Below are positions 53,928 to 63,797 of a stretch of DNA of 64,000 nucleotides, piece by piece. The position numbers and the translations under genes were made by a program. Position 1 is the stretch's first letter. The number at the start of each line of letters is the position of its first letter. This stretch comes from Fidelibacterota bacterium. GTDB taxonomy: Bacteria > Fidelibacterota > UBA2242 > B5-G15. The stretch covers positions 164,212-228,211 of the forward strand of contig JACDNV010000003.1 of the NCBI GenBank assembly GCA_017656425.1, in the 5' to 3' direction. The notes under the pieces were generated by a model, which was not told the DNA's origin, did not search any database, and saw nothing but the letters and a program-made list of their open reading frames with translations.

Positions 53928-56900
53928 ATTTTTCACAATTTTATTAATACTGCTATTTTTATCTTTTACAACCCCAAGAGATAAAATAGAATTAATACAT
54001 GCAGATAGGTTATCACAAAAAATAATTAACGACGTATTGATTAAAATTCTTGAGGGTAATGTTGAGTTGAGAAAAGATAAAATAATTTTAAAATGTAAAA
54101 AAATTACGTGGTATGAAAATCAGAACTTCCTCATTCTTGAAGACAGTATTTTAATAAAAGATGACAAGAATATTCTAAAAAGCGAGGTGGTGGAATATTA
54201 CACCGAAAAAGAAGTAATAAAAGCATTTAAAAATCCGATTTTAATAAGTGAGGATAATCGATTAACCGCAGATACTATTATATATTTTTTAGAAGAAAAG
54301 GTTGCCAAAGCAGAGGGCAACGTTAAAATCGAGAATAAAAACAGAATAATAACTACAAATTTTATCGAATACTATACTCAAGAAAAATTGGCTAAGTCTA
54401 ATACGGAAACCCACTTATTAGACACTGATCGCAATACCCATTTGATATCGGATAGTCTGGTCTACAATTACATCAATAAGACAATACAGGCATACAAAAA
54501 TCCAATCCTAATCAAGCTTGACTCCTTGGGCAACCAGGTGTTTCGTTTAAATGCTCAATTTATAGAAGGTAATGAAGATAGCAATCGCTTCACTTCATTC
54601 AAAAATGTAAAAATAATTAAGGATAATATTGTCTCCACCTGTGATACCGCAGAATATTATGGGGAAATTGAAAAGGCTGTATTAAAAGGTAATCCATTGA
54701 TAAGGCAAAAGAGACGACTAATAGAAGGTGATATTATAAATTTTTATCTACAAAAAAATAAAATTCATAAAATAATTGCCAGAGATGACGCATCAATAGA
54801 GTCAAAAGGCTTTGCTTACCTTCCATCAAAAGGTGATACGCTGACTGAAAGGGATACAGTAACTACCTATGATAAACTTTCTGGTGAAAAAATTGAAATA
54901 TTTCTTAAAGGAAATAAGCTTGATTCGGTGATCGTAAAAACTATGGCAATAAGTTATTTTAATATAACTGAAGACAGTGTGATTAAAGGATTAAACGTAA
55001 CTTCTGGCGATTCTATTATTATAAAAATAAAAGATGACACTGTTGATAGAATCTGGGTAATGGGTGGTTGTCAGGGTAACTTCACTCCCCATGAAACAAA
55101 TGAACAGGTTGATACTACTGTATACTATTATGCGAATAAAATATACCACACTTTAAACAACAGAATTTCCATCCTTTCGCAAAATGCAAGAATGATATAT
55201 GGGGATATGACACTTGAAGCTGGTGAGATAAAAATTGACTGGGATAATAATCTTCTTACCGCCTATCCTATTTATAGTGATTCCACCGATACATTAACCA
55301 ATATACCAACATTTGTTCAAAAAGGACAGGAACCCATCTACGGAGAAATATTGAACTATAATATTAAAACACAAAAGGGGAAAGTTATCAAAGGCAGAGC
55401 TAAAATGGCTGAGGGGTTCTATTCTGGTGAAAAAATCAATAAAGAGGGGAAAAACATCTTCTACGTATCAAGTGGATATTACACCACCTGTGATCTAGAA
55501 AAAAATCCACATTTCTATTTTAAAAGTAAAAAAATGAAAATAATCCATAGAGATAAAGTTATTGCGAAACCAATTATATTATATATACACAATATCCCCT
55601 TATTAGGAATTCCATTTGGAGTTTTCCCTGATAAAAAGGGAAAACGGCATAGCGGATGGATAATGCCAAGTTATGGGGAAAGTGCAAATACAGGTGGTTT
55701 TATAAGAGGTCTTGGGTATTACTGGGCGGTCAATGATTATTTTGATGCAAAAATCACAACAAATTTCTACGATAAATATGGCATAACAACGGAGTTACTT
55801 CTGCGATATGCAGTTCGTTATAAAATAAAATTAAGTAGCATAGATTTAATGTACACAAATAATTTTCTATCATATTTCCCTGAAAGGAAATGGAGCATAC
55901 GAATTTCCCATCACCAGGTCCTTTCACCAACTTCATCATTAATTATCAATGGCATGTTTGTCAATGACGACAGCTATTATAAAAAATATTCGCTTGATAA
56001 AAATCGTCGCTTGCAACAAAATATTGTCAGTAATGCAACTTACAGCAAAAGATGGACAGGAACACCTTTTTCTCTTTCTGCCAACCTGAGAGAAGAAAGA
56101 TATCTGCTTGCTAAGGAAAAAATTAAAAAACCACCATCCGGTACTAGGCAGCGGATAAATTACATCAGAAGAAACCTTCCAAATATTTCTTTAAACTATA
56201 ATTCTACACAATTAGTGAAAGGTGGTAAAACTGCAACAGGTAAATGGTACAATAACATTTATCTCTCATTTAATACTAAACTTAGAAGCTACAAGAACGT
56301 CTATTATGAGTCGGTCGAAGCAGATTCTGCTTATATCTGGAGAGAAAGAATAGAAAAATCCGGCTATCTTAACACTAATGCTTCTCTCAGCAGTTCTCAA
56401 AAGATATTCAAATATATATCAACAAACCAATCTATCTCATTAAAATTCGATATAACTCCAGAATATTACCTACCATTATTAGACTCGGCCGGGAACTTTT
56501 TACACAAGGACGGAAAAATTGTATCAAGAAAAGTAACAAACAATAAAGCACGTCTATGGGGTAGTATGTCATTTGGCGCTTCAACAAAGCTATATGGGAT
56601 ATTCCCCTATCGCATAGGTCCTATAAGAGCTATAAGACATATTATAACTCCAGGGATGAGTTTCTCATATACTCCCGATTTTTCAAAGGAATTTTTTGGG
56701 ATAAATCCAGGCTATTTTAAAATAGACAAATCTTTGAATAAGTTTGATATATTTTCATCAACTCCAATCGGTCCCACACCTTCTCGTGAAACAAAATCAC
56801 TTAATTTCTCACTTTCAAATTTATTTCAGGGTAAAATCAAGAGAAATGATAAAGAAGATGTAGTAGAATTACTAACCACAAGTACAAGCGGGAGTTACAA

Positions 56901-57552
56901 CTTCACTGCTGACAGCCTGAAACTATCTCAAATATCAACTTCCATTAGATCTGATTTAACGAAAAAATTAAATCTAAACATTTCATTGACGCATGATTTA
57001 TACAAATATGAAAACAAACGTATAAATAAAATCAACACTAATAGATATGGTGTACCTATGCCTAGGCTAACACAGCTAAATGTTTCTTCCTCATTTAAAT
57101 TTTCTGATGTTACATTTGAAGGTCTTAAAAGCAATTATGATAAAGAAGATACTGCAATTACATCTTTAGACACTTCTGGTGCTGGAAACTTAACGAAAGT
57201 TGACTCAAAAAGTAATAAACTTTTTAACGCCAATTTTCATTTGAAATTCTCTTTAAATAAATTTAACCCAAATAATCCAATAAAAAGGTTCTGGTTATCT
57301 GGTAATATAAGTTTTAAAATATTTAATAAATGGAGAGTAGGATATTCAACCGATATAGACTTGGTAAACAAAAAATTTGTGAGTCATAGCATACAAATAT
57401 CGAGAGACCTGCATTGCTGGGAATTTTATTTCAGCTGGGTACCGACAGGTTATGGCAAACAATATTATTTAAGAATAAATGTTAAATCATCAACTTTACG
57501 TGATTTAAAATATGAAGAAAGAGGTGGAAGACTGCGTTCATATGGTTTATAA
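53914..57552 (+). CDS. lptD: LPS assembly protein LptD fused to a long OstA/LptA-like N-terminal region
   Basis: Jellyroll-like repeats; YTTCDL..PHF, SGWIMPSYG, GLGYYWA, RDLHCWE motifs of FCB-type LptD. Confidence 0.85.
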   Translation: MKKNKFFTILLILLFLSFTTPRDKIELIHADRLSQKIINDVLIKILEGNVELRKDKIILKCKKITWYENQNFLILEDSILIKDDKNILKSEVVEYYTEKEVIKAFKNPILISEDNRLTADTIIYFLEEKVAKAEGNVKIENKNRIITTNFIEYYTQEKLAKSNTETHLLDTDRNTHLISDSLVYNYINKTIQAYKNPILIKLDSLGNQVFRLNAQFIEGNEDSNRFTSFKNVKIIKDNIVSTCDTAEYYGEIEKAVLKGNPLIRQKRRLIEGDIINFYLQKNKIHKIIARDDASIESKGFAYLPSKGDTLTERDTVTTYDKLSGEKIEIFLKGNKLDSVIVKTMAISYFNITEDSVIKGLNVTSGDSIIIKIKDDTVDRIWVMGGCQGNFTPHETNEQVDTTVYYYANKIYHTLNNRISILSQNARMIYGDMTLEAGEIKIDWDNNLLTAYPIYSDSTDTLTNIPTFVQKGQEPIYGEILNYNIKTQKGKVIKGRAKMAEGFYSGEKINKEGKNIFYVSSGYYTTCDLEKNPHFYFKSKKMKIIHRDKVIAKPIILYIHNIPLLGIPFGVFPDKKGKRHSGWIMPSYGESANTGGFIRGLGYYWAVNDYFDAKITTNFYDKYGITTELLLRYAVRYKIKLSSIDLMYTNNFLSYFPERKWSIRISHHQVLSPTSSLIINGMFVNDDSYYKKYSLDKNRRLQQNIVSNATYSKRWTGTPFSLSANLREERYLLAKEKIKKPPSGTRQRINYIRRNLPNISLNYNSTQLVKGGKTATGKWYNNIYLSFNTKLRSYKNVYYESVEADSAYIWRERIEKSGYLNTNASLSSSQKIFKYISTNQSISLKFDITPEYYLPLLDSAGNFLHKDGKIVSRKVTNNKARLWGSMSFGASTKLYGIFPYRIGPIRAIRHIITPGMSFSYTPDFSKEFFGINPGYFKIDKSLNKFDIFSSTPIGPTPSRETKSLNFSLSNLFQGKIKRNDKEDVVELLTTSTSGSYNFTADSLKLSQISTSIRSDLTKKLNLNISLTHDLYKYENKRINKINTNRYGVPMPRLTQLNVSSSFKFSDVTFEGLKSNYDKEDTAITSLDTSGAGNLTKVDSKSNKLFNANFHLKFSLNKFNPNNPIKRFWLSGNISFKIFNKWRVGYSTDIDLVNKKFVSHSIQISRDLHCWEFYFSWVPTGYGKQYYLRINVKSSTLRDLKYEERGGRLRSYGL

Positions 57553-57671
57553 CAATAAATACCGGGGCTTTCTTATAATTTAAAATATTTATACATTGGT
57601 TGTAATGTATTGCTATTTGAAGTATAAATTGATAATTAGGAATAAATTTTTAACAAACTATCTTTTATTTG

Positions 57672-57700
57672 TTGAAATATATAGTTAACCAGTTTATATT
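57672..57700 (+). promoter_or_regulatory. Sigma70-like promoter
   Basis: TTGAAA-17-TATATT upstream of 57740. Confidence 0.5.
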
Positions 57701-57739
57701 TAGTAGTAAGAATAAGGAAGAAACTATTGAGATGAAAAA

Positions 57740-58144
57740 ATGACAACAAAAGTGAACTCAGGTAAAAAAAGCAGTGGAAGGCCTTACGACGCACATTCAG
57801 CAGAGGACTGTCCTGAGTGCTCAGGAAAAGTTGTATATCGAAGAAGCTCATATTTTGGGAATAAAATTTACTACAAAGTTTGCAACAATTGTGGATGGTA
57901 TAAGGTCATGGATAGGGATTCCTGGATGGAAGCAGTATTTACAAAAGCCGAAAAAACAGAAGAAAAAATAAAAGAGAAAAAAGAGGAACCAGAGCCTGAC
58001 AGTGAGACTGCTAAAGTGGATGAAATTGAATCTAGCAAGACCTCAAAAATAGAAGAAGAGCCAGCTAAAGAAAAAGAAGAAAAGCCAAAAAGAGATAGAG
58101 GGGGATATAAATCATCAAAAGCAAAAGAAGAAAACAGCGAATAA
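57740..58144 (+). CDS. Hypothetical zinc-ribbon protein with charged tail
   Basis: CPEC and CNNC pairs; K/E-rich C-terminus. Confidence 0.7.
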   Translation: MTTKVNSGKKSSGRPYDAHSAEDCPECSGKVVYRRSSYFGNKIYYKVCNNCGWYKVMDRDSWMEAVFTKAEKTEEKIKEKKEEPEPDSETAKVDEIESSKTSKIEEEPAKEKEEKPKRDRGGYKSSKAKEENSE

Positions 58145-58255
58145 AAATCAATTATTTCTCACTTTAATAAACAAAAGTACAAAACAAATAACGCAATTAG
58201 ACTTTTGCTATTTAAAAATTTAGTTTTATTTTAATTATAGCTATCAGGAGTTACC

Positions 58256-58729
58256 ATGATGAAGGAAAAATATCCTCTATTTACAATCGTTGATAATCCC
58301 GATATTAAGAAAATTCTACTTTGCCTACCGGTTGATGAGCTATTCTTTATGAAAGCTTTTGAAAAATTTAAAGACTTAAAGCTAAAGAACTCCGAGATAT
58401 ATTTTCTCATACATCAATCATTTTTTCATCTTATTAGGGGAGTTGACAGACATTACTTGATTCCCTTAATTGATTATTACCTCAATCGTAAAGGAATCCC
58501 AAACAAAAATTTTTATAAAGAAATAATAAAAGATAAATTCTTCTGTTCTGTTGATCTTAACCTTAAATTCAATATTACCACTGCAAATATTGTTAAAAAT
58601 TCGGCATATAATCAAAGAATAGGGAAAAAATTCGACCATTCTTCAAAATATTTCAACATCGAAATAGTCAGTAACAATTCAACAAAATTTTATGATAAGG
58701 TCATAGAAATTCTAAACAATATAAAATAA
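58256..58729 (+). CDS. Hypothetical protein
   Basis: 157 aa ORF with AGGAG RBS, 9 nt before next gene. Confidence 0.65.
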   Translation: MMKEKYPLFTIVDNPDIKKILLCLPVDELFFMKAFEKFKDLKLKNSEIYFLIHQSFFHLIRGVDRHYLIPLIDYYLNRKGIPNKNFYKEIIKDKFFCSVDLNLKFNITTANIVKNSAYNQRIGKKFDHSSKYFNIEIVSNNSTKFYDKVIEILNNIK

Positions 58730-58738
58730 AAGGTAAAA

Positions 58739-60001
58739 ATGAATATCTATATATTTGAGGACCAGCTTTCTGATAATTTTTTACCTATAGCATATACACG
58801 TGCCGTATTTGAGCTAATCTCAGGAACGAGACCAATCTTAGAAAAAATTCTATCGATAATTGATAATAAAAATAGAATTAGTCTTTTTATCAGACCATTT
58901 CTAAAAGATGCGATACAAAAGAGATATCCCTCCTACCCTGTAAATCCAAGCTATATCGATGACGGTCTATGGATAAACGGAAGAATGATATTCACCCTTA
59001 ACGATATAAAAACTGCAACTCAAAACAAAAATACAATTTTTACGGTAAATGGAATTCCTGCAATTGCGTACTTAGATAAAAGCCACAGCGTAAAATTCAT
59101 AGATTTCGAAAATAACAGAATAAAAATAAATATTCCTGAAAATATAACATCTCAGGAGATAAATCCTTTTGTATACAACTATTTTTTTGAAATACCACTA
59201 ACTACCGGACAAATGATAATAGAAGATTTTAATAAATATTACACCTGTGGTACTATCGAGGGCATAATCCACGATAATGTTTCTATTCTGAATAAAAAGA
59301 ATATTTATATTGGTAAAAATGCAGTAATTAAACCTGGCACTGTGCTTGATGCTGAAGAAGGTCCAATCATTATTGAAAAAAATGTAATAATAATGTCAAA
59401 TAGCACAATTATCGGTCCATGTTACATAGGTGAAAATTCTGTGATCAAGATAGGAGCAAAAATATACAAAGGTTGTCACATTGGGAAGGTCTGTAAAATT
59501 GGAGGAGAGGTCGAATCAAGTGTCTTTCAGGGTTACTCCAATAAACAACACGACGGATTTATAGGGCATTCCTATGTGGGCGAGTGGGTTAATATAGGAG
59601 CTGATACAAATTGCTCTGATTTAAAAAACAATTACAGCAATGTCAAAGTATGGGTAAATGGTAAATATGTTGATAGCCAGAGTACTTTTGTGGGATTAAC
59701 TATAGCTGATCATTCGAAGACTGGAATTAACACCATGTTTAATACTGGTACTGTTGTCGGCGTAGGTTGTAATATTTATGGATGTAATTTCCCTCCAAAA
59801 TATATACCTTCATTTACATGGGGCGGAGCTGAAGGCTTTACAGAACACAAATTTGATAAAATGATAAACACAGCAAAAATTGTGACTTCAAGACGCAATG
59901 TTCAATTAGATAGGATAGATATAAGCTTACTGGAATATATATATCATGCGACCAGGGAAGAAAGAACAATTTTTATCAAATCCAATGAAGTCTCCTCTTA
60001 A
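58739..60001 (+). CDS. Putative sugar nucleotidyltransferase / alternative GlmU-like hexapeptide-repeat protein
   Basis: FLPIAYTRAVFEL, hexapeptide repeats, SNKQHDGFIGHS, SDLKNNY, DHSKTGIN. Confidence 0.85.
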   Translation: MNIYIFEDQLSDNFLPIAYTRAVFELISGTRPILEKILSIIDNKNRISLFIRPFLKDAIQKRYPSYPVNPSYIDDGLWINGRMIFTLNDIKTATQNKNTIFTVNGIPAIAYLDKSHSVKFIDFENNRIKINIPENITSQEINPFVYNYFFEIPLTTGQMIIEDFNKYYTCGTIEGIIHDNVSILNKKNIYIGKNAVIKPGTVLDAEEGPIIIEKNVIIMSNSTIIGPCYIGENSVIKIGAKIYKGCHIGKVCKIGGEVESSVFQGYSNKQHDGFIGHSYVGEWVNIGADTNCSDLKNNYSNVKVWVNGKYVDSQSTFVGLTIADHSKTGINTMFNTGTVVGVGCNIYGCNFPPKYIPSFTWGGAEGFTEHKFDKMINTAKIVTSRRNVQLDRIDISLLEYIYHATREERTIFIKSNEVSS

Positions 60002-60031
60002 AACGATGGGTAAATAAAAATCATATTTTAC

Positions 60032-60060
60032 TTGACCTACATTATTTCTAAGATTATATT
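60032..60060 (+). promoter_or_regulatory. Sigma70-like promoter
   Basis: TTGACC-17-TATATT upstream of 60088. Confidence 0.6.
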
Positions 60061-60087
60061 ACCACGCAATTTAACGTTGGAGGCGTA

Positions 60088-60522
60088 ATGGAAGACCTTA
60101 AATGCCCCGAATGTGGGGAGATATTAACAGAGGAACAATTAAAAGAATCCCTTGTATGCCCCCATTGCAAGACCAATCTCAGAGATAAAAAATACATAGA
60201 TTTTCTTGAGCTGCTAGTTTACAATGATATTATTGATGACGTGGATTTCTTCGACATTAACCTGTATAAAGATGAAATGTTGTCAACAGAAACTGAAGAC
60301 TACGATGAATCGGAAATTGATCCGGCAAGTTTTGAAAAAAAGAAGGAAATATGGAGTGAATTCGAGGATGAATTGGAATTTGAAGATCAATACAATACCG
60401 AAGATGAAGAAGCATGGGATATAGAATACGACCTCGATGAGGAAGAGGAAGAAGAAGAAGGAAAAGACATCGATGAAGATTTAGATGACATTGATAATCT
60501 TGAAGAAGATGAGGATTTATAA
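60088..60522 (+). CDS. Zinc-ribbon protein with highly acidic C-terminus
   Basis: CPEC-x14-CPHC; D/E-dominated tail; GGAGG RBS. Confidence 0.8.
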   Translation: MEDLKCPECGEILTEEQLKESLVCPHCKTNLRDKKYIDFLELLVYNDIIDDVDFFDINLYKDEMLSTETEDYDESEIDPASFEKKKEIWSEFEDELEFEDQYNTEDEEAWDIEYDLDEEEEEEEGKDIDEDLDDIDNLEEDEDL

Positions 60523-60834
60523 ATGGAAAATGAAAAATCTATAAAGGAATTGAAGATTGAGATACCACAGGATATCTCTGAAGGAAAATATAGCAATTTT
60601 ACAGTAATCTCTCATTCTCCAGCTGAATTTGTAATTGACTTCGCCAGAATTATGCCTGGGCAGAATAAAGCCGTTGTAAAATCAAGAATTATCCTGACTC
60701 CCATCCATGCTAAGACACTTCTTATGACATTGATGGACAACATAAAAAAGTTTGAAGATAAGTTTGGTGAGATTAAAATCCCCGAAAGAGAGTTGAATAT
60801 TCCATTTACCCCTAAGGAAGATTTACCTAACTAA
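60523..60834 (+). CDS. DUF3467 family protein
   Basis: GKYSNF..ISHSPAEFVIDFA..MPG...A.VKSRIILTP.HAK...NIKKFE.KFGEI. Confidence 0.88.
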   Translation: MENEKSIKELKIEIPQDISEGKYSNFTVISHSPAEFVIDFARIMPGQNKAVVKSRIILTPIHAKTLLMTLMDNIKKFEDKFGEIKIPERELNIPFTPKEDLPN

Positions 60835-61471
60835 TTTTTTCGACCAGAATGATAGTGTTTGCATGAAAATAGGGTAATATCCTTTTTGCGTATATTATTC
60901 TGACATTCAATTCTTGTAAAATACTCCTTAATCTATCTTTTGAAATCATGAAAATATTCATATCAAAATCCCTGGCAATCCTCATTATTCTATGTAATGG
61001 ATTTTCAATATAAATGGAGAATAACACATACCTTCTACTCACCCTGATTAACTCTCTCAAAGTGAACTTTACGGTATCGAAACCCTTAAAATGCTGTAAA
61101 AGGCGAAAGCAGAATACTAAATCAAAGGTATCACACTTAAATGGTAACGATAAAATGTCACTGTTGACATATTCAAAAAAACTTAATGAATAAATATGCC
61201 TATGATCGTCTCTTATCAGATTAAGTGCATATATATTTAAATCAGCTGAAACCAATTCAGTAGAATAATTGCTGAGCAAATCACTAAATCTCCCATAGCC
61301 ACAGGGGATATCAAGTATTATTCTTCTGTATTCCAGTACTCTTGAGAGAATATTCCTTACAAGGCGGCGTTCGGTATAGGAAACCAATCTCTGATCAGGA
61401 TTTTTGTATCGATTTTCTTTGTATTTTTTTACTGAATTACAACTTCCCCAAGTTAATTTATTTCTATCCAT
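60827..61471 (-). CDS. Class I SAM-dependent methyltransferase
   Basis: ILDIPCGYGRF, LPFK.DTFDLVFCFRLLQH; ATG at 61471 has a GGAG RBS. Confidence 0.85.
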   Translation of the reverse strand: MDRNKLTWGSCNSVKKYKENRYKNPDQRLVSYTERRLVRNILSRVLEYRRIILDIPCGYGRFSDLLSNYSTELVSADLNIYALNLIRDDHRHIYSLSFFEYVNSDILSLPFKCDTFDLVFCFRLLQHFKGFDTVKFTLRELIRVSRRYVLFSIYIENPLHRIMRIARDFDMNIFMISKDRLRSILQELNVRIIYAKRILPYFHANTIILVEKIS

Positions 61472-61546
61472 TAAAATAAAACTCCATAACATTGAAAATA
61501 TAAATATAACTTGATTTTTCAAACATTTTATTATTATTTAAGATGT

Positions 61547-62266
61547 ATGCAAAAAAGTTTTAGACTATTCAGCTTCGAACATATTATAGCAACTCTTTTG
61601 ACATTATTTACTATTGCACTTTCTATAAAACTACTGGAAGAATATAACCCAAAAAGATTAAAAAAATCATTTGATAAAATTCTTGCTGTTCTGATCGTTT
61701 TCCAAAATCTTTCATGGCGAATTCTTTTTATTATCAGTGGTGAATTCCACATTGAAAAGGACCTCCCATTTCACGTATGTAGTGTTACACAATTTTTACT
61801 TGCCTATCACTTGTTAAAAAATAATCAGACAATCTTTAATATTTGCTATTACTGGGTTATTGCAGGGTCTACCTTTGCTATTATAATCCCAGACCTTGAA
61901 TTAGGATTCCCATCGGTTAAATATTTTGAAATGTTTATATCCCATGGGATTTCTATATTTACCATTTTTTATCTTATATTAATACAAAAACAATATCCTA
62001 CAAAGGGAAGCTGGAAGACAGCTTTTGCTGCGCTGATGATTCTAGCAATCGTAGATTCAGTGGTAAACTATTTTACAAACGGTAATTATTTGTTCTTAAG
62101 AAGACCGCCTGATGTGAATTTTGGGCCGATAAGTCTTCTTCCTGCCTGGCCCTGGTATCTACTGGTACTGGCAATATTTTTTATGTTTGTCTACTGGTTA
62201 TCATATCAACCATACGCGTATCATGAAAGGAAAATTTCTTCGGAAGAAGTGAAAAACCACAATTAA
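61547..62266 (+). CDS. YwaF/TMEM164 family integral membrane protein
   Basis: FSFEH, LPFHVCS, FP...YF..FISH, NYLFL, PWY. Confidence 0.85.
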   Translation: MQKSFRLFSFEHIIATLLTLFTIALSIKLLEEYNPKRLKKSFDKILAVLIVFQNLSWRILFIISGEFHIEKDLPFHVCSVTQFLLAYHLLKNNQTIFNICYYWVIAGSTFAIIIPDLELGFPSVKYFEMFISHGISIFTIFYLILIQKQYPTKGSWKTAFAALMILAIVDSVVNYFTNGNYLFLRRPPDVNFGPISLLPAWPWYLLVLAIFFMFVYWLSYQPYAYHERKISSEEVKNHN

Positions 62267-63144
62267 AATTTTCTTTTCAATCTCTTAGAAATAATATCGA
62301 TATATTCCGGGCTTGTGCCACAACATCCCCCGACGACTTCCACACCCAAGGTTTTAATCTTAATAATATTTTCGGCGAAGAATTCCTTAGATTCTGGGTA
62401 TACCACCTCTTCATCAATAATTTTTGGAACTCCTGCATTTGGTTGCACTATAACGGGACTGTCCACTGATTTTCGAATCTGAGCAGCCAGATCAACCATT
62501 GCATCACTACCAATAGAACAATTTGCACCCACAATATCAGCTCCCTCATCAAGCATTCTACGCATACTATTTGGAATATCGTTACCCATTAAAGTAAAAA
62601 AGCCAACAGGTTTTTTTACAAAAGTCAGTGTAGCAAAAATTGGCTTATCACTAACTTTTCTTACACCTTTAAGCGCAGTGATCATCTCATTTATATCAAA
62701 CATTGTCTCTACTATAAAAGCATCGACTCCCTCTGAATCCAGATAATAAGCCTGCTCTGCAAAGATATCAACAGCTGCTTCAGGTTCAAGCACGCCATAG
62801 GGCTTTAACATTTCCCCGGTGGGTCCAATATCACCAGCTACTATCACAGAACCATCGGCTGCTCTCCTTGCAACTCTAACAGCAATTCTATTGATTTCCT
62901 CTGTCTTTCCATTTAGTTCTGTCTTGGATAATTTCAAGCCTGAGCCACCAAAGGTATTGGTGGTTATAACATCAGAACCAGCTTTTATATATTCAAGATG
63001 AATCTCATACACAGCATCTGGATTTTCTAAATTGAAAATTTCTGACGGTCTACCCTTTTCCAATCCCTTTGCAATTAGCATAGTACCCATTGCACCATCA
63101 AAGATTAAACCATTCTTTTTATTAATTCGTTTTATTAAATCCAT
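62263..63144 (-). CDS. Stand-alone homocysteine S-methyltransferase domain protein
   Basis: DGAMGTML, AGSDVITTNTFG, GANC, PNAG, GGCCG (Zn ligands). Confidence 0.92.
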   Translation of the reverse strand: MDLIKRINKKNGLIFDGAMGTMLIAKGLEKGRPSEIFNLENPDAVYEIHLEYIKAGSDVITTNTFGGSGLKLSKTELNGKTEEINRIAVRVARRAADGSVIVAGDIGPTGEMLKPYGVLEPEAAVDIFAEQAYYLDSEGVDAFIVETMFDINEMITALKGVRKVSDKPIFATLTFVKKPVGFFTLMGNDIPNSMRRMLDEGADIVGANCSIGSDAMVDLAAQIRKSVDSPVIVQPNAGVPKIIDEEVVYPESKEFFAENIIKIKTLGVEVVGGCCGTSPEYIDIISKRLKRKF

Positions 63145-63797
63145 TTTTCTACTCCGATAAGTTTTTCAGCTATTATAACTGCCTCCACCGCATTTTTACC
63201 ATACCCATCGGCACCGATACTCTCTGCCCACTCAGCAGTAACAGGCGCCCCACCAACAATAACTTTAAATTTATCCCTTAAATTTTCTTTTACTAAGGTT
63301 TCTATTAACTCCCTCTGCTTAAGCATAGTTGTAGTTAAAAGAGCAGATAGACAGATAATTCTGGCATTATTATTTATACCTTCCTCAATAAAACGGTTTG
63401 TAGGAACATCAGCGCCAAGATCAATAACTTCAAACCCAGATGTACCTAACATAACACTTACCAGTGTCTTCCCTATATCATGAATATCTCCCTCAACAGT
63501 TCCAATAACAACTTTTCCATAGTTGTTAACTCTTTTTCCACTATTTTCTATTATAGGTTTTAAAATCTCAAAAGATGATTTCATAGCATTGGCACAGGCT
63601 ATAAGCTCAGGCAGGAAATAATTCCCCTTTTCATACAAATCCCCTGCCTTCCGGATACCAGGAATAAGAGCTTTTTCTAAAATTTCATTTGGAGTGAACC
63701 CCAATTCAAGAGCTTTCTTAACCGCTGTTGAAGATACCTCTTTATCCCCCAATAATACCGCTTTTGCCATTCTTTTGAATAGATCAGATTTATCCAT
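63135..63797 (-). CDS. Corrinoid (B12-binding) methyltransferase protein
   Basis: Cap domain (YFLPEL), GDIHDIGK, DLG, SALLTTTM, VGGAP; ATG at 63797 follows GGAGAAGAG. Confidence 0.93.
   Translation of the reverse strand: MDKSDLFKRMAKAVLLGDKEVSSTAVKKALELGFTPNEILEKALIPGIRKAGDLYEKGNYFLPELIACANAMKSSFEILKPIIENSGKRVNNYGKVVIGTVEGDIHDIGKTLVSVMLGTSGFEVIDLGADVPTNRFIEEGINNNARIICLSALLTTTMLKQRELIETLVKENLRDKFKVIVGGAPVTAEWAESIGADGYGKNAVEAVIIAEKLIGVEKWI

Noticed and set aside
56778..56793. parS-like ACCTTCTCGTGAAACA
   Set aside because: Only 12/16 to TGTTTCACGTGAAACA, left half-site broken, inside lptD.
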